A DNA stretch of 64,000 nt, from the NCBI GenBank assembly GCA_037379345.1, contig CM074511.1, forward strand, positions 62,812,862 to 62,876,861. The letters run 5' to 3'. A program made the translations under genes and the position numbers. Origin of the DNA: Perna viridis (Eukaryota). Shown here piece by piece: positions 1-12,700 of the stretch (position 1 is the stretch's first letter; the number at the start of each line of letters is the position of its first letter). The notes beneath the pieces were generated by a model. It was not told where the DNA came from. It did no database searches and worked only from the letters and a program-made list of their open reading frames with translations.

Positions 1-697
1 AAAAAATCAGGCCTTTGCAATGTACAAGAACTATATAACTTACTAATAGAAATTCATTCTGAAAATAATCTTGATTAGGAAATCATTTCTTTACCTGCAT
101 AGCTTGCATTTCTGCTGAGAACAGTTTCTGAGAGGGGGAAAGACATATGTTTTTGCAGACAAAAACAAACTTTAATTTTTAGAAAGACCCATTGACGGAT
201 GAATAAGTTATGGGACCTGTATTAAATATTTCCCAAAACTACATTTCCATCTTGGAAAATCTTCTCTAAAACTACTGAATGGATTGAAACAAAACTCAAC
301 ATAAATGTTCTGTACAACATATTTAACAATCTGTGCTCAGAGATTTTTGATCTTGCTGTTACTAAACACAGATCACAGGGGTCAAATTGCAGAATTTTTC
401 AAATAGCTCAAAAATAGTTCAGTTCAGCTAAAATCTGGCAGGGACTAAGACTGTTCAGCATGATGAAATGGACCTATGCTGCCATGTTCTGTAACATTTT
501 TAACAACCTTTCTGTGGGTATTTTTTATCTTGTGTAAAATCTGGCCACTGTTACTAAAAATTGACCATAGGGACCAAAATGGCAAAATTTTCCAAATATC
601 TCAAGAACAGTTGGTATTAGCTAAAATCTGCCGGGAGTAAAATTTGTCAGCATTGGCGGGATGGACCTATGCTTAAATGTTCAGAAAGATCCGTTGA

Positions 698-1805
698 GGT
701 CTCACTAACCACTTCTAACATTTCCATTACTTTACATGTTAAAAAGTAATTTTCAAAGTCTCACTGTGAATTCCCAGGACAAATGACATCTTAAAGTTGC
801 ATACCGTTGCAAAGCTTGGAAAGTAAGGCTTCCAAAATCATTATGCTAATGGTACGATGATAGTAGAAATTCTTCACAAAATTTACTTGAATAAATAATA
901 CTGAAAATCCACATTTTTACCTGTTCTGCTTACTGACAGCATGGAGGCAAATTACTCACACGTGTAAACAATATTCATACACTTTTGTAGTTAATTACAT
1001 ATATGATTTTTAAGTACACATTCTTAGCTTTATTTTGACTACTTTTAGCCAGCACTCCACAGTATTGTAGAACTGCCTAATTTTGGTCTTGTAATCTGAT
1101 GCTTTGTAACATTTATCACTTTAAAAAATTGTCAAGCATCTGTAAATCTATATATCTAGAAATAGCTCAAGCCAAGGCCTTCAGGATGCAGTAAAAATTT
1201 TCTGGAAAAAAATTACCCACAGCATATAGGGTTACCATAGAAACCATGCAAAAGTATGCGAAAATTTGCAAAAAAATTCATAAAATCAGGTTTAAAAATA
1301 TCAAATTTCCCGCAAAATATCTGAAATTTTTATTTCAATCCCTGAAACTGTTCAAACTTTTCCCTTCAAAAACCCCTTCCTCATATGGGCATCACCGGTT
1401 AGATTTTGAGCTATTTCACTTTGTAATCCACTTATTAAATTTAGCATGGTAAAAAATTGACTTACTTTCACTTTCACAATGAAGTCAAATTGTCATTGAA
1501 AAAAAGCCCCTTCAACATTGAAAATATATAAAACATTGCAAAATACTTTTAAAAGGCTCCTTTTTTCAGAAAATGTTTTATCAACAATAGATTCTTCATT
1601 TTTAATCACTATAGCAACCACCAGTTTCCATTTATGTCATTTTTCATCCCTAGCCAAAAGTGCGAAACTAAACTTAACTGTGGAGTGCTGGCTTAATCAT
1701 AATACACACAAATAATGCACTTACAATGCATATGTCTAGGTTCAGTGTGTTTTTGGTACTACATAGAGGGGGTGGCCATTTGACCCGGAAGTTGTTAGTG
1801 AGACC
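698..1805. mobile_element. PIF/Harbinger-like MITE (outer), carrying a nested MITE
   Basis: TIRs GGTCTCACTAACCACTTC / GAAGTTGTTAGTGAGACC; 3-bp TSD TGA at 695-697 and 1806-1808. A second copy lies at 6919-7380 and a terminal fragment near 18460-18538. Confidence 0.8.
1048..1692. mobile_element. Nested PIF/Harbinger-like MITE
   Basis: Perfect 16-bp TIRs GCCAGCACTCCACAGT (1048-1063, 1677-1692); TTA duplicated at 1045-1047 and 1693-1695. The empty site is seen in the 6919-7380 copy. Confidence 0.85.
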
Positions 1806-2497
1806 TGATGGTTGTTTGAGTTATGGTTCCTGGAATCTTGTTAACCATTTATGTGTGTCACTAAAAAGATGATGAAGCATTTTGCTACCTTAAGAGTGTC
1901 AAAATTACCTGTCTTCAATTTGATATTTAAATCACTTCACAGAAATCTCATTGCTTCAACACCAGGCGAGGGCCATCTCTTTGCATTGTTTTAATTAGAT
2001 GCTCCCTATGGATTAAATGATTCATGTGAAAATAGTACAGTAGGATCAAGACTCTCAAGAGTCCAGCTGAAGCATGCTAAAAAGACTTTTTCACCTGGTG
2101 AGCGATTCCGACTCTCTAGAGCCTCTAGATTTTTGCAGTAAGCCTCTACTTGCTCTAATACACTTTGTAACATATTGTAGGGTCAAAGAAAATTCAGACT
2201 AATTTAGATATTGGTATTCATGTACATGAATCAGATTATGTCTTGACCAGCTTTGGGGGTAAATAAAGAATGACTTATAATTGAACAATACATGTATTCT
2301 TGCAAAATGTTCATGCTAGCAACCCAGCAAAGTCAGATAATGTTTACTGCCTCTTCAGATAAATATATATATTATCAAATAAAATCAGTTATATCTATTT
2401 AAATGTTGTTGAATCAAATATTTTATGGTATTATGGGGCCACTTTTGGTTGTTACTGACATAAGTTATAAATGTGGAATGTCTTGATTACTTTTTAG

Positions 2498-5400
2498 GAG
2501 CTACCATTAGAAGACATAACTAATTCAAAGCATGAGTCTGGGAACAAACACAGTTTTTCATGTGGTGGAAAAAGATTATCCTCTGAATCTACTGACTTTA
2601 ATCAAACTAAGCGCCACAGGCCAGGAAATGTACAATCTCCAGAATTTAATGTTATAAACACAAGTAGTCCTAAGCAGCTAAGGAATCAGATAGTTGAGTC
2701 TCTAGCATGTAGAGAACCAGATCAAGGTAGTAAGTTGAAATTGAGTGACATATCCTGCATTCATGTCTATTAACTATATTCATTGATTTCAAACATCTCA
2801 TTTGTAATAGTGAGCTATATTAACCCATAAAATATTTTTTAAAATGCCTTGCCATGTAAGAGAAAGTAATATGTATTTATTAAAAGATTAAAATTTAAAA
2901 AATTGAACCAGCAGAAAGAAAAACAGCAAGTAGTTTATAATACTTACAGAGCATCATGGTGAACTGTTCTGTGGTAAACATCATGGTGAACTGTTCTGTG
3001 GTAAACATTATGGTGAACTGTTCTGTGGTAAACATCATGGTGAACTGTTCTGTGGTAAACATTTTGTGTATTTAAAAAGATCATTCAGTTAAGTCACAGC
3101 ATCTCAATCTGATGTCTTTGTCAAACTTCCTTTATTCCATTTTGATACTTTGACATCACATTTAACACTTAAAACTTCTTTGCAGATAGCTTTAGATCTC
3201 CTCTATCACATCAGGGCGGTCAAGATTTTCTGAGTCTACATTCTTTACATCCTAACAATGTACATATATATGACAAAATTCCAAGAAGTCTTGGGCCTTC
3301 TGAAGATAGAGTTCCTGCAGTATCACAGCACATAGTAGGCCAACAGACAAATGAACCAGTGAAAGATGTTCTAGCAAGATTGAAATCAAGGACAAAACAG
3401 GAAAACAATGCACAAACCCCAGCAAGAGGAAGACGGAAGTTTCCTGGTCCAGCTGGACTGTTACCTAAGATTGTAAGTACATGCTCATATATAAATTGGA
3501 TAATAGAAAATAATTTTTTATATAAAATGTTAATACACTTTATTGTATTGCAAAAAAATAAATGAAGTGTCAAAAAATAACATTGGAACTTCATACCTGG
3601 TTGTTAACCCCTGTCACAATTTGAGGGAGACTCCCACATTTGAGTTAATGTGCATCCTTTCATGAAAAAATCCTTTGAATAAAATCCATAACAAATATTT
3701 CTATCACATATTTCTCGGCTTTTACTGGAGGGAATGATTAGATGTTTGGAAATGCCTTAGACATGATGACTTGTACCCTGTCTCCCCTTTCCAGTTTTTT
3801 TATTAGATTTTTGATATATGGCTTTATCTCCCCTTTCCAGCTTTCTAGATAATTTTTCATTGCACCCATTAGAAGGAATGATCAGATGTTTAGTGATTAG
3901 ATGAACTTTTACGATATTATTTAATTTATTGAACATTTATTGAAAATTTCTGTTATTAACAAGAAACCATGAAGCCACTGAGGACATTCACTCAACCTTT
4001 AACACTTTAAAGATTAAATGTACATAGCATTTTTTTAATATAACAAGAATGGATTTTGATAATATGCCATCTGTGTATATGGTCATTTTTGAGGGTACAA
4101 GGGGGTATAGATTTAGTGTGCATTGCTCACACAGTTTCTATATTTTAATATCTTATAGTTTTAGCACAAAAAAGTTTGTCATGCAAAACCTCCCACATAC
4201 ACATTCTCTGAGGTTAACATGTATAAAGCTTTCTGATGCACTGAATGTAAAGCATTTTTTATATTACCATTTGTATCACCCCAACATTTATTGTACAATG
4301 TATCAAGATTTAAGAAAGGGAACATTGCTTAGGAGCTAACATGTATAAATTGTCTTCACGTATTGGAATACATGTAGTACTACTGGGGCCATTATTAAAA
4401 ATGCTATGGTATGCCTAACTGTTAAAATATCATGTTAAATTAGAGTCAGAGATTTATTATGCCATATTTGATCAAAATGAATTCCATATATCTGTTTTAT
4501 TTTTCTTTCTAGTTCTAGTATAAAGCAACCATATTATAATTGCTTTTGCTCTATGCAATAACTAATGAGTAAGTTCCAGTCTAGTGTGAAATTGATTTTC
4601 AAGTACATGTATCAGAGAATATTGAAATGTTTCTTGGTCTTTACACATTTTGTAGTAGATTACTGTGAAAGTACTTTCATTTATGGATACCTGTTTTTGT
4701 TGATTAGGGTATAAACACAAGTTCATGGATTTTTGAATTGGTGGTATTGAGGTTTTCAGTTTACACATCAATGGGAAGTGTTTTTGTTGGTAACCATATT
4801 CCATGATTTAGCTTACACAAGGTAACCACAAAAATTGGTACTCCACGAATAATAGTAATCTCCCAGTACTAGATTAGTAAATCATAGATTTCTTTTTTAA
4901 TATTGTGTTTTAAGTCTGTCACATATTTAGTTTTCTTATCTCGATGTATCAGCAACCAAAAAAAAAGATTTACACAGAATTATTGAAAGAATTCTTTGGG
5001 ATGCCTAGATAGAAAACCAGAAGCACTGCAGTGAGTATGTAAATATGAAAAAAAGTTTTTTTTTCAGTGTCCTGGAAATATAAAAGATAATACTTGTATG
5101 GCTAAAAAGTTTGTCTCAACCAGTCCAGAAGTTGTAAGACAGGTAAACAATATTAATAATTGTTATTGGAAAAAAACCTAAAATGAGCTTATATGAGAGG
5201 TTGTGCTGCCAATGTGAAAAATTCAAATTTCCATGCAAATGCACCCCAAAAATTTTTTAATGAGAAATACATGGCCTTTGAAAAATTCTAACTTATTATA
5301 ATTAGTTTAAATTTGTGAAGGAACCAGTATAATTACAGCAACTAATTCAGCATGTGAGTGATAATTTTTTTTTGTGAGCATTTTTTAATAAAATTAGAAA

Positions 5401-8400
5401 GAAGAAAAAAAAAGAGTACTTGTTGATATACATACTTTTATTCAACATTAGTTGTAATGTTAAATTTTTGAAGGAAAGTTACATTCTAAATGGCAGGGTA
5501 TATATTCCATAATAGACTCCACTCACTTTTTAAACAACATCAAAAAATTTGTATAAGTTGGTTGATCTTTATAAGATTTTATAACAAGATTTCAGACCAG
5601 AAAAGGAAGATTGTTATTGATTTTTTTGGCCAAAACAAGCATCTCATATAATTTATCTATGTAACCCCAGTAAAAGTGTATGGATGTATATGATATTGTT
5701 TCATTATATTCTATACCACAAAGGTGAGAGTGGAATTGATTTTGTCGAACAGTTCAAGAATGAAGGGCCAAAAGGAGTCTCAAGCAAGCATTTTCCTGAT
5801 GTCTAGATAATATCTTGACTATAAGTGATAAAATCTTTTTAAAATTGTACCACAAGGTGCCATACTATCAAAGGAAGATTTGAATTTGGGGCTTTATGAC
5901 TTGAACCAATTAGGAATTGTGGGCCAAAAAGGGGCCAGAAACAATTGTTTTTCTGATGTCCAGACAGTACATAACTTGAATAACTTTTAAAATTGTACTA
6001 CAAGGTGCCATACCTCAAAAGGAGACTGGGATTGGTTTTTTGTGTTGTGAATTCAGCCAATTAAGAATTAGGGGCCACAAAGGGGTCAGAAACAAGATTT
6101 TTTTTGTTTTTTTTTGGTTTTTTGTTTTTTATGATAACTGGAAGAAAAGGGAAAGGAAGAATTCTTCCACAAGGTACCGTACCCCTAAAGGAAGGTTTGG
6201 ATTGATTTTTGTTGTCATGACTTGAAGCATTTAAAAATTGGAGGCAAAAGGGGTCAAATTATTATCCTGTGTCTAATGTCTAATCACAATAAAGAAACCA
6301 AAGCTGTATCCTGTTTGAATGGTGTGTCAATATTTGCCCTAACTTTTCTTGAGCCAACCTCGCGGTCATATCAAGCTGCACACTGAAGCATTTTATTTTC
6401 AATGAAATATCACCATTTAACTGTTTTTTGCAACCATCAAATCAAAATTGATGATGACAATTCTTAAAATACAATACTATGAAATATATCTTAGAAAATG
6501 GCAATCACAAATCTATTTAAAAGATAATCCACACATTGCTAGTCAACTCAGATGTGAGCACCCACAATTGATGTCTAAAAATCTTCTAAAACAATACAGC
6601 TAAATGTACTTCATAATTGTATCATTTACTTTAATAGTTCTTTATACTTCAGGATGATGATTCTGTGATATTAAGCTCCCACTCAGGTGAGGAGGTGTTT
6701 AATGACACACCATGGCAGACATTGCTTATTGATCTTGGGGAGGATGGAAGGAAACTAATTAAACAGTTCTCAATTGCAACAAGTCTTCAAAAAGTAGGTT
6801 TTGCTGTTATGTAACAAGAGGATATGGAAATGGTATTTATTTGTAAGGTCCACTCAGACCACTTATCCGATTAGAGTTCAACCATTTCAGGCTTTTAAAA
6901 CACATTTAATACATCTTAGGTCTCACTAACCACTTCCGGGTCAAATGGCCATCCCCCCTATGTAGTACCAAAAACACACTGAACCTAGACCTATGCATTG
7001 TAAGTGCATTATTTGTGTGTTTTCTGATTAAAAGTAGTCAAAATAGAGCTGAGAATGTGTACTTTTAAAATCATATATGTAATTTACTACAAAAGTGTAT
7101 GAATACTGTTTACATGTGTGAGTAATTTGCCTCCATGCTGTCAGTTAGCAGAAAAGGTAAAGATGTTGATTTTCAGTATTTTTTATTCAAGTAAATTTTG
7201 TGAAGAATTTCTATGGACATTGTACCATTAGAATAATGATTTTGAAAGCCTTATTTTCCAAGCTTTACAACGGTATGCAACTTTAAGATGTCATTTGTCC
7301 TGGAAATTCACAGTAAAACATTGAAAATTACTTGTTTAACATGTAAAGTAATGGAAACGTTAGAATTGGTTAGTGAGACCTGAAGAACCAAGCTTTCTGA
7401 CAAAGTTGTCTGCCCCTGGAATGAACATTGTATTGAAAAATTATTTAATTCAATTGTCTTGTTCTATGGAACTATTATTATAAGTACAGTAGATTCCTGT
7501 CATTTGCATATACATTAAAAATACTTTCAGATAAAAACATGCAACTGATTAAAATTTTTTGTATTTAACATCTACTGTTAGTTCTTTAAAAAATGCTTTT
7601 ATTGCTAAAAAAGGCAATTCCTTTAAAAAAAAAAGAACTCCTATTATGATGTACGGCTGATTTATCCATTAAAAACTGTTTTGAGTCAATTTAAAATTTG
7701 CTTTTGTATTATCAATGAAATTTTCCATTTCTTGCATACTGTAATGTAATTGAGAGGATTTTTCCCTTGATATGAATGAGAAAAATCTTAGTTTGATGTT
7801 ATGGCTGCAACATTCCTCATTCCTTGCTGTAAAAGTGATGAAAATGAAACTGGATAACAATATCTTAACTAACAGTTGGCAGATTTTGAAGTAGAGGGAC
7901 CAAGAAACAAATTTTAGGTTGTGGAATGTTAGAAATTCATGTTGATGATGAGAATCACTAACCCTTAATATAATGCTTCATTGAATGTTGCAACTTCTTT
8001 TGTTCTGCTTTACAGGTGTTCTGTACATTTTTATAATAAATTAATTTCCTTTGCAGACGAGGAAGAAGTTGTTACCCAAGGGGAAAGTTCCTCTAGTGCT
8101 AGCATTGATAGAAAGTGTAGATTGGCAAGGCTCAGATGCCAGTGTTTGTCTAAAAGATAAATCTGGTTTGTAAATTTTCTATTCTCCAGTCACATTTGTT
8201 TTGGTTTAAAGTATGTATTTGGTAATAATTTTTTTATTAATGCTTTTCTTTCTTTTATGAACTATTAGAAGAAAAACAAACATGGAAGAAAGCTTTAAAA
8301 GTGGAAAGGTTTGATTACTTCATAGGAAAATATAATGGTGTTATAACCCATTCTTGCCTGATTAAAATTAACACTGTAATGATGAAATTTATTCTGTAGT

Positions 8401-9751
8401 GCATTTAAAACTTCAAGAATAGAATTAATTGCATTAAAACCAAAGAATGTAATCACTCATGTGAAACAGCTTTTTTAGCTCACCTGGCTAAAGGCTATGT
8501 AAGCTATTGCCATCACTTATCTTCCATCGTCATCATTAACAATTTCTCAAAACTTTTCTCCTCTGACACTTCTTGACCAATGGGAACCAACCTTAGTATG
8601 AAAGTTTCTTGGGGTATCTTGCATAGAACTGATGTTGGGATTTTTGATCCATGGAAAAACATGGCCACTGTTAATAAAAATAGAACATTGGGGTCAGACA
8701 GTTGTTTTTCGCATATATCTCCAAAACAGTCTGGTTAAGCCAAATTTGACTTTGATTAAAGTATTCAGCATGATGAGATCTTTCTGTGGTGAAATTTTCA
8801 TTGTAATCTGAAAAGCCATGTTGGAGTTATTGCCCTTTTTCGAGGTTTTTTGCTATTCTTTAAGGTTATTTCTTTCAAAAATCTTCTCCTCTGACACTAC
8901 TTAACCAATTGGAATCAAACTTGGTATGAAGTTCCTTGGTGAATTCTGCATGGAATTTTTGATCCATGGAAAAACATGTCTGCCGTTACAAGAAATATAA
9001 CATAGGGGTTAGTCAGTAGTTTTTATCATATATCTCCAAAACTGTTAGGTTTAGCCATTTTCTGATACGTGATTAAAGTGTTCAGCATAATGCGATCTAT
9101 CTGTGTGAAAATTTTCGTTTTAATCTGTTAAGCCATGTTGAAGTTATTACCCTTTTTCCACTCTTTTTTCTATTTTTAATGATGTTTCAAAAAAAATCTT
9201 TTCCTCTGACACTACCACACTAATTGGAACCTAATTTTTTATGAAAGTTCCTTAGGGTATTTTTCATAGAATTGATGTAGGGATTTTTGATCCATGGAAA
9301 AACACGGCTGCAGTTACTAAAATAGAAGAAAGGGGTCAGTCAGTAGTTTTTCTCATATATCTCCAGAACTGTTAGGTTGAACCAAATTCTTTCAGTTGCT
9401 GAAATGATCCTTATTATGAGGCCTACAAAAGTCTCTGCAGGATCAAAGTTGTTGGACGACTCCTTGTTAGAGTTATTGCCCATGAAAGGCAATAAGTGAG
9501 CAGTTTTCAGCCGATATCGTTAAAACTATAATAGATAGAATGAAACTATTGTTTGATGAAATGATCCTTATGATAAGACCTACCAAAGTCTTCTTGCGTC
9601 AAAATTGTTGGACAACTCCTTGTTAGATATTGCCCTTGAAAGGCAAAAAAATAACCAGGTGAATGTTTCAGGCTCCAGGGATTCTCTTGTTCCACACCTA
9701 ACAGGTTTATGAACATGTTTTTGTTAATGCTATTATATAAGTATGGGGCTT

Positions 9752-9785
<34 letters not shown>

Positions 9786-12700
9786 CCAAGAGGCTCCCAG
9801 GAGCCTGAATCGCTCACCTGGTATAATTTCAACTAAAAAACAACTTTCATTGAGTTCTATACAGTAGTTTCTGAGGAGAAGATTTCTGAAAGTAATAACA
9901 GCAAAAACATCCAAAAAGGCAATAACTCCAACATGGGTCGACAGATTTTCACCAAAATTTGACCACAGATAGATCTCATCGTGCTGAATACTTTTACCCT
10001 ATGTCAGAATTTGATTAAACCTAACGGTTTTAGAGATGTATGTTCTATTTTTGGTAACAGCGGCCATGTTTTTCAACCGATCAAAAATCCAAATGGTCAT
10101 TTTATTAAGGATACCCTACAAAACCAAAAAAAAAAAACCAACTTTCATTAAATTCTGCTGTCTGACCTCTATGTTCTATTTTTAGTAATGGCGGCCATGA
10201 TTTTTATCCGATCAAAAATCTAAATGGTCATTTTGTGCAGGATACTCTAAGGAACAGTCACTGTAAGTTTCATGCAAATCTATTCAGTAGTTTCAGAGGA
10301 GAAGATGTTTGAAGAAATAGCTAATGACAACGACGACGGAAGCCAAGTGAATGCAATAGCTCACGTGGCCTACGGCCAGGTGAGCTAAAAATTCCTTATG
10401 GTTTTTGTTGTTGTTGATGTTTGTTTCAACATTAAGATGTCTATTACAAAATCTGTTAATGGATTAGAAAGACGATATATGTAGCTTTTACACCTTTTGT
10501 ACAGTTTTTTTGCAGTTGGATAAAATATCATTGAAAACTGAATTTAAAAAGTCAAATACAACATCGTTGACATTTCTGGTCATTAATTAGTTCACTATGC
10601 ATACAGTGGCTAAAAGTAGAGAGATCGAATTGTCCTGCTTTTTTTCACATTTTTTTGTACAAACTTAAACACCAAGTTGAAGTTATAACAATTACACTCA
10701 TTTCTGGCTATATGTAAAAAAGTAACATTTAAAATAAAAATTGCTTCTTTCAACTGTACCAAGAAAGTATAAATTGGGAATTAGTCACTCTACAACCAGC
10801 CAGAGACTATTAGCCACCAGTTAAAGGTGAGACTAATTTTGACAAGCCTCAGAAACAACAAATATACAGGTTTGCTATAATGAGCATCACATTATTCCCT
10901 AAGCTTATCAGAAATCAGTATCCACAATACAAGATTAACAACAGATGGTGCAGGTTTGAACAATTTGATAGAACCACAACCCTCCCCTTCGTCTTGCAAA
11001 CAACAAAATACATTATAATTGTTGTTAAAACTCAATTCAAAAGAAATCTGAATCCAGTGTGAAAATAGGAAACAAACCAAGCATTTGATCAATTAAGAAT
11101 AGATTAAACTTGAACCTCAGTCAGTCATAATCTGTCCTATTTTAGAGTTTAGCAAAGAATGAAATCTTTAATTATACAAGAAAAGCATAACACATGCCAT
11201 GCCAACAGTTAGATAGAATAACTGTTTAAATTCAATATAAAGGGCATTTGTTTCAAATGATTTTCACTATCTTGAATTATAAAATTGAGTCATTAAGTTC
11301 AAGATCAATCTTAAAGCAAAATCTTGGATAGTGAAAAACTTGTGAACTGTGTATTGTGTTATTGTAACTTGAACACTAGGAAGTAAGAAATCAAACCTTC
11401 ATTCCAAAAGATACTATTATTAATGACTATATCCACATTAACTTATGTAAATAAGTCTATTTTATTTGAGTATGTTATTTTCAAATGTTTTATAGATTTT
11501 ACTAAATCAGTAATCAAGCCATGATTACAATGTTAATAATAAGTTTGACTTGATTTATTTCTCTCGTGGGTAAAAGTGTTGAAGTCATTAACAGCATTTA
11601 GTAAAACATGTCTAGATGAGGTATGGTTTAGATTGTCTAATCTGGAATACAATATTGAATCTAAGACCATTACAGCAAGGCAGACAAATTGCAGTTTTAA
11701 ATGTATCAGGAAATCCAGCTACCAGTTGATGTGGGCCTATCTTGTCCCGTTATTGTGATGGTGTAAAGAAATAGATAATATAACTGGTCATTTATTCACT
11801 ATAGTTTTGCAATCAATAAAATGTTCCTGAGCAATTAGTTTCCCTATTAACTTTGGACATGTTGGACATCTTTATTCATGTTGTGTAATAAAGCATTAAT
11901 GTATTGATTGATTTATTTGCATTTAAATAGAAGTTGTAAGCCCTTTAATGTCCGTGATGTCTTTAATAGACAATAAACTATGATACTTGCTTGAGTATTA
12001 TTGATTTATCAAAAACTCCCATATAGATATGAGGGAATTAGTGTTGATCTTTATAGTTCAAACATGCCATTTCAGAATTTCCGATATATGACGTATTTGA
12101 TCTAAACTTACTAATGTGAGACAAATGTTCCTGCTGTGGACTTTGTTGTAGCATATTGATGTAAATTTTGTTTCAGGGAAGGATACAAAGACAATAACAG
12201 GACACTGTCTTGATATAAAACCAATACCGGTATGTGGATGAGGCTTAGAACTGTCATAAAATGTGAGACCTCCCCAATTCAAGCTAAATCTGTTTCTGTG
12301 TTTTTGTTGAGTCTGTGCACTGTTGTCTTTATATCGCAACGACTAATTAAAAGAAAAATATTGTAAAACCAGGGAAAAACAATTTTGATTCCAAGCAGGC
12401 AACATCCTGGCAATTTCAAAACAATGTAATGTTGGTGATATTTGTAACAAAATGTTATATTCTGTCAGCTGTCATTGACAATGTTATGTCTTACTGCCCT
12501 AATAGAATAATGGTAGCTATGTGAAAGTCTATTGGGCTATGATGTACACATTGGGTCTTTTTCTGAACACATTTGAAGTATTTAACATGATTTTTTAAGC
12601 ATGTGTGTGAAAATAATATTAATGCCTTATTTTTTTTTTGGCTGTATTCAGTAGCTATGATTTTCCTCAATTCTAAATACAGAAATATCATATAATTCAA

